From: Squalus acanthias
Taxonomy: Eukaryota
Direction: 5' to 3'
Length of the DNA stretch: 64,000 nucleotides
Assembly (NCBI GenBank): GCA_030390025.1
Contig: CM059432.1
Coordinates: 134,294,001 to 134,358,000 of the forward strand
Positions 38,191-50,495 of the stretch are shown here, one piece after another; position 1 is the first letter of the stretch, and the number at the start of each line of letters is the position of its first letter. Made by a program: the position numbers and the translations under genes. The notes under the pieces were generated by a model that had not been told where the DNA came from, did no database searches, and was given only the letters and a program-made list of their open reading frames with translations.

Positions 38191-41050
38191 CATAGAATCA
38201 TAGAATGGTTACAGCACAGAAGAAGGCCATTCAGCCTGTCGAGCCCATGCCAGCTCTCTGCAAGAGCACTTCAGCTAGTCCCACTCCCTCGCCCTTTCCC
38301 CGTAGCCCTGCAAATTATTTTCCTTCAGATACTTATCCAACTCCCTTTTGAAAGCCGTGACTGAGTCTGCTTCCACCACCCTTTCAGGCAGTGCATTCCA
38401 GATCATAACCACTCGCTGAGTAAAAAGGTTTCTCCTCATGTCACCTTTGGTTCTTCTGCCAATCACCTTAAATCTGTGTCCTTTGGTTCTCGACCATTCT
38501 GCCAATGGGAACAGTTTCTCTCTATCTACCCTGTCCAGACCCTTCATGATTTTGAACACCTCTATCAAATCTCCTCTCAATCTTCTCTGCTCTAAGGAGA
38601 ACAACCCCAATCTATCCACATAACTGAAGTGTCTCAACCCTGGAATCATTCTCGTAAATCTTTTCTGCACCCTCTCTAAGGCCTTCACATCCTTCCTAAA
38701 GTGCAGTGCCCAGAATTGGACACAATACTCCAGTTGAGGCCGAACCACTGTTTTATACAGGTTCATCATAATTTCCACGCTTTTATACTATATACCTCTA
38801 TTCATGAAGCCCAGGATCCCGTAAGCTTTTTTAACTGCTTTCTCAACCTGCACCTTCAACGATTTGTGCACATATACCCCCAGGACTCTCTGTTTGTGCA
38901 CCCCCTTTAGGATTGTACCCTTTAGTTTATATTACCTATCTTCATTCAATATGTATCACTTTGCAATTTTCTGCGTTAAATTTCATCTGCCACGTGTCTG
39001 CCCATTTCACCAGCCTGTCTATGTCCTCTTGAAGTCTAGCACTATCCTCCTCACTGTTCACTATACTTCTAAGTATTGTGTCATCTGCAAATTTTGAAAT
39101 TGTGCCCTGTACACCCACATCCAAGTCATTAATATATATCAAGACAAGCAGTGGTCCTAGAACCGACCCCTGGGGAATACCACTGTATATCTTCCTTCAG
39201 TACGAAAAACAACATTTCGCCACTACTCTCTGTTTCCTGTCACTTAGCCAATTTGGTATCCATACTGCCACTGTCCCTTTTATTCCATGGGCTTTAACTT
39301 TGCTGGCAAGTCTATTATGTGGCACTTTATCAAACGACTTTTGGAAATCCATGTACACCACAGCAACCGCATTGCCCTCATCAACCCTCTCTGTTACCTC
39401 AGCAAAAAACTCGATCAAGTTGGTTAAACATGATTTGCCTTTAACAAATCCGTGCTAGCTTTCCTTAATTAATCCACACTTGTCCAAGTGACTTAATTTT
39501 GACCCTGATTATTGTTTCTAAAAGCTTCCCCACTACTGAGGTTAAACTGGCTGGCCTGTAGTTGCTGGGTTTATCTTTACACCCTTTTTTGAACAAGGGT
39601 GTAACATTTGCAATTATCCAGTCCTTTGGCACCACCCCCGTTTCTCAGGAGGATTGGAAGATTATGGCCAGTACCTCCGCAATTTCTTCCTTCACTTTCC
39701 TCAGCATGCATCCCATCTGGTCCTGGTGACTTATTTACTTTAAGTACAGCCAGTCTTTCTAGTACGTCCTCTTTATCAATTTTTATCCCATCCAGTATCT
39801 CCTCTACCTCCTCCTTCACTATGTCTATGGCAGCATCTTCTTCCTTGGTGAAAACAGATGCAAAGTACTCATTTAGCACCTCGGCCATACCCTCTGCCTC
39901 CATGCGTAGGTCTCCTTTTTGGTCCCTAATCGGCCCCACCCCTCCTCTTACTACCCGTTTACTATTTATATGCCTATAGAAGACTTTTGGATTACCGTTT
40001 ATGTTAGCTGCCATTCTATTCTCATACCCTCTTTGCCCCTCTTATTTTCTTTTTCACTTCTCCTCTGAACTTTCCATATTTAGCCTGATTCTCAGATGTA
40101 TTCTCGACCTGACATCTGTCAATCGCACTCTTTTTCTGCTTCATCTTACTCTCTATGGGCTAGAAATTGGGTTGCTTTGCGCCTCTCGTTTGCACCCCGC
40201 GGGGGCCGCTAATGGGGCGCAAATGCCCTTGAGCCCGGGCGCCACTCACGCCTCCCGCGAAATTCAGCAGCGGCGGTAGCCGCTAGTGCCCCACACCGCT
40301 GTGCCGGTGATGATGATGTCATCGCTGTGCGCAACGCCCCATTTGCGCCCTGGCCACAAACTTCCCTTGCACCCCCTGACCTATCACCGGGCGATATGTG
40401 CGACAGGATCAGGAGGCGGCGCAATTTAAAGGGCAGGTGTTGGCCGGCCATTTTTATTTTGGCCGACTGCCAGCACCTGCCCCCCTTTCACATTTGTATG
40501 CGTGGTGCTGGCCGCGATCACTTAGCCCGGCACTCCTCTTGAGTGCCGGGCTGTTTACACGGCACCCCGCTCCCTGGTGGTCCAGCAGGGCCCCAGTGCG
40601 CGCAGCGCTAGGCCCCTCCCCTTTAATCAGGGGTGGAGGCCTGCAATGATGCAGCGCTACATGCCGCCACGCGTGGCGCTGCTGTACGTAGCGCCGCGAC
40701 ATTTAGTAGCGCCCCAAGAAGGAGGTGGAGCACTTCCAGTAGCGCTCCATCTCCTTTGTGGGGTGCGACTACTGAATTTATGGGGTAGGGGAGCTAACTT
40801 TTTCGGGGCGCTAATATAGGCGCTACTCAATTTTTCCCCCAGTCTCTTTCGTCATCCAGGGAGCTCTGACTTTAGTTGCCCTACCTTCCCTCTAATGGGA
40901 ATGTACCTCGACTGTACAAAAACAATTTCCTCTTTAAAGACAGCACATTGTTCAATTACAGTTTTGCCTGCAAATCTTTGATTCGAATTTACCCAGGCCA
41001 GATCCGTTCTCATCCCACTGAAATTGACCTTCCTCCAATTAAGTATATTT
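38191..41050 (-). mobile_element. CR1 of a second family nested antisense in the + strand CR1
   Basis: (CATAGAAT)n tail at 38191; RT ORF pieces 38275-38778, 39197-39418, 39577-40014. Confidence 0.9.
40157..40840. mobile_element. GC-rich Harbinger-like MITE nested in CR1
   Basis: GGGCTAGAAATTG...CAATTTTTCCCC termini; homologous to 14731-15421; CR1 resumes after it. Confidence 0.75.
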
Positions 41051-42621
41051 ATGAGAGTAAACTAGCAAGAAATATAAAAACAGATTGTTAGAGCTTCTAC
41101 AAGTACGTAAAAAGGAAGAGAGTAGCAAAAGTAAGCGTTGGTCCGTTAGGGACTGAGACAGGATAAATTATAATGGGGAATAAGGAAATGGTAGAGAATT
41201 TAAACAAATATATGTATCTGTCTTCACAGTAGAAGACACAAAAAGCATACCAAAAATAGTGGGGAACCAAGGGACTAATGAGAGTGAGGAACTTAAAGTA
41301 ATTAAGATCAGTAGAGAAAATGTACTTGAAAAACTAATGGGACTAAAAGCAGACAAATTCCCTGGTAGCAAATGTAATCTCGCTATTCAAGAGAGGAGAG
41401 AGAAAACAGGGAACTACAGTCCAGTTAGCCTAACATCAGTCACCAGGAAAATGCTGGAATCCATTATTAAGGAAGTGGTAACAGGGCACTTAGAAAATTA
41501 GGCAGAGTCAACATGGTTTAATGAAAGGGAAATCGTGTTTGACAAATTTATTAGAGCTCTTTGAGGATGTAACTAGCAGGGTAGATAAAGGGGAACCAGT
41601 GGATGTAGTATATTTGGATTTCCAAAAGGCATTCGATAAGATGCCACATAAAAGAATGCTATGCAACATAAGGGCTCATGGAACTGGAGGTAATATATTA
41701 GCATGGATTGAGGATTGGCTAACGGACAGAAAACAGGGATAAACGGGTCATTTTCAAGTTGGCAGGCTGTAACAAGTGGGGTGCTGCAAGGATCAGTGTT
41801 TGGGCATCAGCTATTTACAATCTACATTAATGACTTAGATGAGGTTATTCACTTTGGTAGGAAGAATAGAAAAACAGAATATTTTTTAAATGGTGAGAAA
41901 CTATTAAATGTTGGTGTTCAGAGAAATTTAGGTGTCCTTGTACAGGAAACACAGAGTTAGCATGCAGGTACAACAAGCAATTAGGAAGGCAAATGGCATG
42001 TTGGCCTTTATTGCAAGGGGGTTGAAGTACAAGAGTAAGGAAGTCTTGCTATAATTGTACAGGGCTTTGGTGAGACCACACCTGGAGTACTGTGTACAGT
42101 TTTGGTCTCCTTATCTGAGGAAGGACATACTTGCCTTAGAGGCAGTGCAACGAAGGTTCACTAGATCGATTCCTGGGATGACAGGGTTGTTCTATGAGGA
42201 GAGACTGAGTAGATTGGGCCTATACTCCCTGGAGTTTAGAAGAATGAGAGGTGATCTTATTGAAACATATAAGATTCTGAAGGGTATTGACAGGATAGAT
42301 GCTGAGAGGTTGTTTCCCCTGACTGAAGAGTCCAGAACTAGGGAGCATAGTCTCAGGATAAGGAGTCGGCCATTTAAGACTGAGATGAAGAGGAATTTCT
42401 TCACTCAGAGGGTTGTGAATCTCTGGAATTTTCTACCCCAAAGGGCTGTGGATGCTGAATCATTGCGTATATACAAGGCTGCGATAGATAGATTTTTGGA
42501 CTCTAGGAGAATCAAGGGACATGGACATCGAGCAGGAAAGTGGAGTTGAGGTCAAAGATCAGCCATGTTCTTATTGAAAGGCGGAGCCGGCTCGAAGGGC
42601 CGTGTGGCCTACTCCTGCTCC

Positions 42622-45600
42622 AGACCCACAGCAATGTGGTTGACTCTTAACTGCCCTCTGAAATGGCCTAGCAAGTCACTCAGTTGGAACTAACCGCTAT
42701 GAAACATAATAAGAATGAAACCGGACGGACCACCCAGCATCGACCTCGGCACCGGCTACAGACAAGGCAATGGCACACCCAGCCCAGTCGACCCTGCAAA
42801 GTCCTTCTCACCAACATCTGGGGACTTGTGCCAAAATTGGGAGAGCTGTCCCACAGACTAGTCAAGCAACAGCTTGACATAGTCATACTCACAGAATCAT
42901 ACCTTTCAGCCAATGTCCCAAACTCGTCCATCACCATCCCTTGGTATGTCCTGTCTCACCGGCAGGACAGGCCCACCAGGGTTGGTGGCAAAGTGGTATA
43001 CAGTCGAGAAGGAGTGGCCCTGGGAGTTCTCAACATTGACTCCAGACCCCATGAAGTCTCATGGCTTCAGGTCAAGCATGGGCAAGGAAACCTCCTGCTG
43101 ATTATCACCTACTGCCCTCCCTCAGCTGACGAATCAGTACTCCTCCATGTTGAACACCACTTGAAAGAAGCACTGAGAGTAGCAAGGGCACAGAATGTAC
43201 TCTGGGTGGGGGACTTCAATGTCCATCACCAAGAGTGGCTCGGTAGCACAACTACTGACCGAGCTGGCTGAGTCCTGAAGGACATAACTGCCAGTCTGGG
43301 CCTGCGACAGGTGGTGAGAGAACCAACACGAGGGAAAAACCTACTTGACCTCGTCCTCACCAATCTACCTGTCGCAGATGCATCTGTCCATGACAGCATT
43401 GGCAGCAGTGACCACCGCACAGTCATTGTAGAGACAAAGTCCCATCTTCACACTGAGGACACCCTCCATCGTGTTGTGAGGCACTACCACCGTGCTAAAT
43501 GGGATAGATTCAGAACAGATCCATCAGCTCAAAACTGGGCATCTATGAGGCGCTGTGAGCTATCAGCTGCAGCAGAATTGTACTTCACCACAATCTGTAA
43601 CCTCATGGCCCAGCATATCCCTCACTCTACCATTACCACCAAGCCAGGGGACCAACCCTGGTTCAATAAGGAGTGCAGAAGAGCATGCCAGGAACAGCAC
43701 CAGGCGTACCTAAAAATGAGGTGCCAACCTGAGGAAGCTGCAACACAGGACTACATGCATACTAAAAAGCGGAAGCAACATGCTATAGACAAGGCTAAGC
43801 GATCCCACAATTAACGGATCAGATCAAAGCTCTGCATCCTGCCACATCCAGTCGTGAATGGTGGTGAACCATTAAACAACTAACTGGAGGAGGAAGCTCC
43901 ATGAATATCGCCATCCTCAATGATGGTGGAGCCCAGCACGAGTGCAAAAGACAAGGCTGAAGCATTGGCAACCATCTTCAGCCAGAAGTGCCGAGTGGAT
44001 GATCCATATCGGCCTACTCCTGAGGTCCACACCATCACAGAAGCCAGTCTTCAGTCAATTCGATTCACTCCACGTGATATCAAGAAACGGCTGAGCGTCC
44101 TGGATACAGCAAAAGCTGTGGGTCCCGACAACATCCCGGCTATCGTGCTGAAGACTTGTGCTCCAGAACTAGCCGCGCCTCTAGCCAAGCTGTTGCAGTA
44201 CAGCTACAACACTGGCATCTATCCAACAATGTGGAAAACTGCCCAGGTATGCCCTGTCCACAAAAAGCAGGACAAATCCAAACCGGCTAATTACCGCCTC
44301 ATCAGTCTACTCTCAATCATCAGCAAAGTGATGGAAGGTGTCATCGACAGTGCTATCAAGTGGCACTAACTCACCAAAAACCTGCTCACTGATGCCCAGT
44401 TTGGGTTCCGCCAAGACCACTCGGCTCCAGACCTCATTACAGCCTTGGTCCAAACATGGACAAAGGTGCTGAATTCCAGAGGTGAGGTGAGAGTGACTAC
44501 CCTTGACATCAAGGCAGCATTTGACCGAGTGTGGTATCAAGGAGCCCTAGTAAAACTGAAGTCAATGGGAATCAGGGAGAAAACTCTCCACTGGCTGGAG
44601 TCATACCTAGCACAAAGGAAGATGGTTGTGGTAATTGAAGGTCAATCATCACAGCCCCAGGACATCGCTGCAGGAGTTCCTCAGGGCAGTGTTCTAGGCC
44701 CAACCATCTTCAGCTGCTTCATCAATGACATTCCCTTCAACATAAGGTCAGAAATGGGGATGTTCGCTGATGAATGCACAGTGATCAGCGCCATTCAAAA
44801 CTCCTCAGATAATGAAGCAGTCCATGCCTACATGCAACAAGACCTGGACGACATTTAGGCTTGGGCTGATAAGTGGCAGGTAACATTCGCGCCACAGAAG
44901 TGCCAGGCAATGACTATCTCCAACAAGCGAGAGTCTAACCACCTCCCCTTGACATTCAACGCATGACCATCGCCGAATCCCCCACCATCAACATCCTGGG
45001 GGTCACCATGGAACAGAAACTTAACTGGACCAGCTACATAAATACTGTGGCAACAAGAGCAGGTCAGAGGCTAGGTATTCTGCAGCGAGTGTCTCACCTC
45101 CTGACTCCCCAAAGCCTTTCCACCATCTACAAGGCACAAGTAAGGAGTGTGATGGAATACTCTCCACTTGCCTGGATGAGTGCAGCTCCAACAACACTCA
45201 AGAAGCTCGACACCATCCAAGACAAAACAGCCCGCTTGATTGGCACCCCATTCACCACCTTAAACATTTGCCTTTTTTGCGGCCTAGAGGAGTCCGTGTT
45301 CCATGTCTATAGTGAATGTGTGAGGTTGCAGCCCCTGTTCCATTACTTGAAGGGGCTGCTCCTTGATTTTTGGTTGCACTTCAGTCCCACGCTCCTGATC
45401 TTCGGTCACCCGGTGCAGAGGGGAGTGGGCGGGTCGGAGGACCTCCTCGTAGGACTGCTCCTGGGCCTGGCCAAAGTGGCCATTAACAGGTCCAGGCAGC
45501 GGGCGGTCGAGGGGGTCGTTCCGCGGCTATGTTCGCGCCCGGGTGGCCCTGGAGATGGAGCACGTGGTGTCCGCCAGCACACTTGAGGCCTTCCGAGACC

Positions 45601-46127
45601 GGTGGGCGCCACGGGGACTGGAGTGCATTGTCTCCCCGGACAATGTAATTTTGATTTAATTTGATAAGTTTTATTTAAAGTTATATTAACTTACAGAGAA
45701 TTGGTTCAACAAAAAGAGGACCACCTTAAACATTCACTCCCTCCACCACTGACGTACCATGGCTGCAGTGTGTACCATCTACAAGATGCACTGCAGCAAC
45801 TCACCAAGGCTTCTTCGGCAGCACCTCCCAAACCCGCGACCTCTTCCACCTAGAAGGACAAGGGCAGCAAGCGCATGGGAACACCACCACCTCCAAGTTC
45901 CCCTCCAAGTCACACACCATCCTGACTTGGAAGTATATCGCCGATCCTTCATCGTCGCTGGGTCAAAATCCTGGAACTCCCTACTTAACAGCACCGTGGA
46001 AGTATCTTCACCACACGGACTGCAGCGGTTCAAGAAGGCGGTTCATCACCACCTTCTCAAGGGCAATTAGGGATGGGTAATAAATGCTGGCCTTGCCGGC
46101 GACGCCCATAAAGCGAATTAAAAAAAA
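42622..46127 (+). mobile_element. Near full-length ORF2 non-LTR retrotransposon (APE + RT), inserted into the CR1 3' tail
   Basis: LLTNIWGL, LTESYL, YCPPS, GDFN, SDH (APE) and RT motifs; A-rich end; the CR1 tail GTTCTTATGTTCTTAT resumes at 46128. Confidence 0.9.
45269..45719 (+). mobile_element. L1/Tx1-type 3' fragment (ORF2 CCHC zinc knuckle) nested in the LINE
   Basis: CLFCGLEESVFHVYSEC motif; perfect 15-bp TSD ACCACCTTAAACATT (45254-68, 45720-34). Confidence 0.85.
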
Positions 46128-46396
46128 GTTCTTATGTTCTTATTTCTATACCAAATCTCATGATTTTTAAGTGTTAATCTCTTGATTTATGAGATGGTGG
46201 TGTTGGCATTCCTGGGCGAGAGAAGCAGAGAGGTTCAAGTTGTGTTGGAGTAGTACCTAAAAATAAAATAGAAGGGGTTCTTTGGTGTACATTTATTCTT
46301 CTCCTTTTAAATATTCTCAATCCATTTATTTGCATTTTCTGCGGTTCACCTGACTCCATTTCCAGAAGTTTCTCGCTGTTTCCAGAACCTCCAGAT

Positions 46397-46859
46397 TGTC
46401 AGCCCTGGCTCAGTTGGTATCACTCTCGCCTCTAAGTCAGAAGGTCGTGGGTTCATGTTCCACTCCAGAAACTTGAGCACAAAATCTAGGCTGACACTCC
46501 CAGTGCAGTACTGAGGGAGCGCTGCAGGGCCGGAGGTGCCACCTTTCGGATGAGACGTTAAACTGAGGCCCCTTCTGCTCTCTCAGGTGGATGTAAAAGA
46601 TCCCATTGCACTATTTCGAAGAGGAGCCGGGGTGTTCTCCCCGGTGTTGTGGACAATATTTATCCCTCAATCAACATAACAAAAACAGATGATCTGTGTC
46701 ATTATCACATTGCTGTTTGTGGGAGCTTGCTGTGCGCAAATTGACTGCTGCGTTTCCTACATTACAACAGTGACTACACTTCAAAAGTACTTCATTGGCT
46801 GTAAAGCACTTTGAGGTGTGCTGAGGTGGGGAAAGGTGCTAGAGGAATGCAAGTCTTTC
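46397..46859 (+). mobile_element. Full-length Deu-domain tRNA-derived SINE (SacSINE1-like)
   Basis: A box TGGCTCAGTTGG (46406-17), B-box-like GGTTCATGTTCC (46450-61), Deu core, L2-like tail. Confidence 0.85.
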
Positions 46860-46959
46860 ACTTGAACAGACCAAAAGGTCTCATTCAGACATCGCGAGAT
46901 TTCCCCCGCCCCCCTTTTTTTTTCCGGATCCCGCGCGTGCGCCCGGCCGCCCGCCCGCC

Positions 46960-47119
46960 ATTTTAGTAACAGGGACCGAGGGAGGGAGAGAATTAAACCG
47001 CAGCGTGTCTTTAACAAGGAATCTCAGGCGGCTGGCAGCAACCAACAAATCTTGCGCATCTCGACAGCTGGAGGGGCGGGCGGGGTGCCCGTGTCCCAGA
47101 GCCTTAGCCGGGGCGGGAG
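46960..47119 (+). other. TXNL4A: Probable non-coding first exon of TXNL4A (start approximate)
   Basis: Strong donor GAG|GTGAGC at 47119/47120; the ATG exon is preceded by branch TACTGAC (48739-45), a pyrimidine tract and AG (48765-66). Confidence 0.6.
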
Positions 47120-47342
47120 GTGAGCGCCGCCATGCCATGCCATGCCGGGGCGGCCCCGGGCCGTTAATCTCCAGGGAAACAGTGCCCGGTATTCGGGCTG
47201 CTTCCCTTCGCGAATCAGTTGCATCGTTTGTCGGCTTTTTTTTTGAGAGGGGCGGGTAATTTTTTCTCTTTTCCTGATTTTTGGGGCGGCCTGGGGGCTC
47301 GACTCGGTTTTCTGCAATCATGTTGTGGCGGCAGGTTCCGGC

Positions 47343-47428
47343 GGGGCAGTGAATGGTTTAATCCCCCCCGGGGGCAGTGAATGGTTTAATCCCCCCCCCC
47401 CCCGGTAGCCGGCGGTGAATGGTTTAAC
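47343..47428 (+). repeat. Three copies of GGCRGTGAATGGTTTAA separated by C runs
   Basis: Directly visible at ~47345, 47373 and 47411. Confidence 0.9.
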
Positions 47429-47537
47429 CCTTCCCCATTGGTCGGACCCTGGAGCCGCGCGCTCTGCCCTGCTGCGCACCCACTCCAGAGGGACAGACAG
47501 CGAGAGACTGCGGGTTCAACAACCAGCTCCTCCTAGT

Positions 47538-48140
47538 TCCACAGATGCTGCCTGACATGCTGAGCACTTCCAGCATTTTCTCTTTATTGTGATGCGAGTT
47601 CGGCCTTTGCAGCGTGGTTGCTTCTCTCTTGCACCGACTATTCCCCGCCGTGTAATTTGAATCAGGTTGCTAATAGTAATAAACATTTTCAGAGCAGCAA
47701 TTTTTTTTGTTGCTTAAATTCGTTTTTTTTTACAGAGTTTCCTCTTTATCTGCTCTGTCTGTCACTGAAATGGCTCGTGTGCATATTTTGAATCCAAAAG
47801 TGCAGAGGCTATTTATTCCTAACAAATCGTGTACACTGGAACACTGGTTTCTGTTGATCTCAGGACAACCCAGATCTTGAACAACAAGTGTCAGCCGGTG
47901 GCACTCAGTCAGTACCCCTAGCTAAGCTGTTCCAGTACAGCTACAATACTGGCATCTGTCTGACAATGTGGAAAAAATCTTACTTGTGACTTGTCCACAA
48001 AAGGCAGGACAAATCCAATCCATCACCTATTCTCAATCATTAGCAAAGTGATGGAAAGAGTCGTCATGAGTGCTGTCAAGCGACACTTACTCACCAGTAA
48101 CCTCCTCAATGCTCAGTTTGGGTTCAGCTCCAGGCCTCAT
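47538..48140 (+). mobile_element. Small relics in TXNL4A intron: Penelope terminal fragment (47538-47590), SINE head (~47889-47915), LINE RT fragment (47920-48140)
   Basis: Similarity to 62190-62239, 46397-46420 and 25730-25985 respectively. Confidence 0.7.
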
Positions 48141-48787
48141 AGTGACAAATGATTTTGAGGTTGAAATGAAGTATGAGAAAATGTGAAAAGTAACTGCATA
48201 GGGAGCGCATAAACCTTGCACATGGACATCTTTTTAAAACTTTTTGCCTCTGCATGATAATCATGCCCCAAGACTGCCCTCAAATAATGCCATAAGGGAT
48301 TTTAAAAAATGAACACTTAAATAGTTTTTTATTTAATTAGAATATATTGTGCTTTCATTCATCCCTTCAGTGAATGAAGTTTTGTTTAAAAATTGCTGCG
48401 GTACAATTCTAACCAAATTGGCTAACATTAGAGTGGAACAATAAGGGGAGCAAATGAGGGGAACATTCTATACGGTATTTTCAATTGGTAGAATTGCAGT
48501 GTTAATTACTTGGCTACCAGCAATAGCAGCTGTGATTCTGCTCTTTAAATGCTTTTACATGCAGTAGTGTCCCTGCTACTATTTATTTAAATCAGTCCGC
48601 CCGTGTCTTTAGAATTAATTTCTTTAGTCCCTCTCATAGCTCTATCGGCACAGAGCCTTTAGTCATAAGGTGCACTTTTTTTTCTTTCTAGTTCAGAAGT
48701 AATTGTACTCCTACCTTTGTAGTAATAATAGGAAGATATACTGACCCAGTCTTATTTTTGTATTAGAAGTTATACAACTCTGTCAGG

Positions 48788-48940
48788 ATGTCGTACATGT
48801 TACCACATCTCCACAATGGCTGGCAAGTGGACCAGGCCATTCTGTCGGAGGAGGATCGTGTCGTCGTCATTCGCTTTGGTCATGACTGGGATCCAACTTG
48901 TATGAAGATGGATGAGGTGTTGTACAGTATTGCTGAGAAG
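48788..48940 (+). CDS. TXNL4A: Thioredoxin-like protein 4A (DIM1, U5-15kD), coding exon 1
   Basis: MSYMLPHLHNGWQVDQAILSEEDRVVVIRFGHDWDPTCMKMDEVLYSIAEK; donor AAG|GTAAGC. Confidence 0.99.
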
Positions 48941-49682
48941 GTAAGCCTTTGAAAACATCAAATAATATAGCAAGGTTTAATAAAGTTATACTGAGTTAAA
49001 GTAGAGTGCCAGAAATATGTAAATAGTTCAATCCATAGGTTCTTTGTCATGAGCACAGTTTGGTAGTACTTTACTTTTTAATTTTTTTCAAGATAAGTAA
49101 ATTATCCAACTCTTCACTTTGCTTGGATTCACTAGAGGGGAGGCAAGCCGCCTACATCCAGACCTCTATCAGTGCTCCCCTTTGACCAGCCGAAGGCTAG
49201 TGTACATTTAGTAGCACTTTACAACTCTCTCTCATTTTTCTCATTGCATCAGGAAAATGCTGTAGTCTCCACTTAGTATTTTCCACTTGTTCTAGCTCAT
49301 ATCAGGTACTGAGTGGAGTGGCCCTGAGCATTAGTGCTCCAATTCTTATCATGCCATCACCGTGTACTCTCATTGAGGACTAGTTTTGTTAAAACCAGTA
49401 TCAAGTATCTTTTGCAATTGCAATATTGCATGACTTTCAAAGTTAACATGCAAAACTTAAATAATTATTAGATAATGTAAAATAAAAGTCTGTATATAAA
49501 TACATAGTTCTGATATACCATAGTTTCCAATATACGTGTTGTTTATGGCTCCTTTATAAACACAGGGCATGTATAAAGTGCTTCATTAAATGACCTCTTA
49601 AGTAGCCCAATTTTTAGTTCCTCTATACAATTATCAAAGTTTATTCATATATAAAATCGATAATCAAAGGTATTTTTTTTAG

Positions 49683-49786
49683 GTGAAAAACTTTGCTGTT
49701 ATTTATCTTGTGGATATCACAGAGGTACCAGACTTCAACAAGATGTACGAGTTATATGATCCATGCACAGTTATGTTTTTCTTCAG
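49683..49786 (+). CDS. TXNL4A: TXNL4A coding exon 2
   Basis: TTTTTTAG|VKNFAVIYLVDITEVPDFNKMYELYDPCTVMFFF(R)|GTATGC; 104 nt, phase 0 to 2. Confidence 0.99.
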
Positions 49787-50495
49787 GTATGCATAATCAC
49801 AGTTCTAGAACTAATGTGACAAGAATAAATAACAACCCTTACAAAACCTTGTTAAGATTTTGTATTGTTAGTAATTGAATAGATGGGGACTAGTTAGGTT
49901 CTGCAATATGCAAAGGATGGTAGTCTTGCCTGCATCAGAAATGGTGTTCTGAATAAGCTAATATGCAATTAAAATGATACATTATCAATAGTGAAACTCC
50001 CCATCTGTCTTTGGTGTATAGCAGTGCAATGTGCTTTAGATGGGGATGTGGAAGACCCCCCCCCCCCCTTCCTTCCCCAAGAAAGCAGTTTCCCATCACT
50101 TCAGCTTGACACTGCATGTAATATAACTCCAGTATGGTGTCAAGCTGAGTTTAAAACGTGTTCATGGGGTACTTCACCTCCTGGACACTATAAATTTACA
50201 CACAGGTTATTCAAATGTTTTGAGAGTGTGGACGTTCCTGCCCATACTCATCAGTTTGACAGGCTTGATAGTTGGATTCATAGTCGGACAGTATAAATAA
50301 ATTGCAGCCAACTGCAAATCAGCATTGTAGGAACTGATCTGAGATTGGTAGTTATGGTATGACTGCAGTCTTTGCACTGGGCAGCTTTGCTCTCCTCAGC
50401 ACTGAAGGTCTGTTGTCATCCTTGGCTAGTGTGTACCTCCTGCTGCATCAGTGTAATATTTCCATTTCCTTCACTATTTCTGTGGGATCTGAAAG

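Larger units (their letters stand above)
36575..42621 (+). mobile_element. Long decayed CR1 (ORF1 SGNH-esterase relic, APE endonuclease, RT), split at 38190/41051
   Basis: CCLPGARVKDI..VVVHVGTNDIG (esterase), GVIYRPPNS and SDH (APE), RT motifs; GAAAATAGAAT|ATGAGAGTAAAC is continuous across the nested insertion. Confidence 0.9.
46880..47480 (+). promoter_or_regulatory. TXNL4A: CpG-island housekeeping promoter of TXNL4A
   Basis: High CpG; BANP-like CATCGCGAGA (46890-99), GC box (~46903-14), NRF1-like GCGCGTGCGC (46933-42), YY1 CCGCCATTTT (46955-64); ~1.9 kb upstream of the ATG. Confidence 0.8.

Noticed and set aside
44963..45586. 207-aa ORF as a novel gene
   Set aside because: Chimera of LINE RT and a nested Tx1 fragment bounded by a TSD
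46397..46470. tRNA gene (also 24430-24505)
   Set aside because: A and B boxes belong to SINE heads that continue into SINE bodies; no complete cloverleaf
46881..47321. Minus-strand 146-aa ORF with AAAATGGCG
   Set aside because: GC-rich promoter sequence; the ATG context is the YY1 motif; no protein similarity
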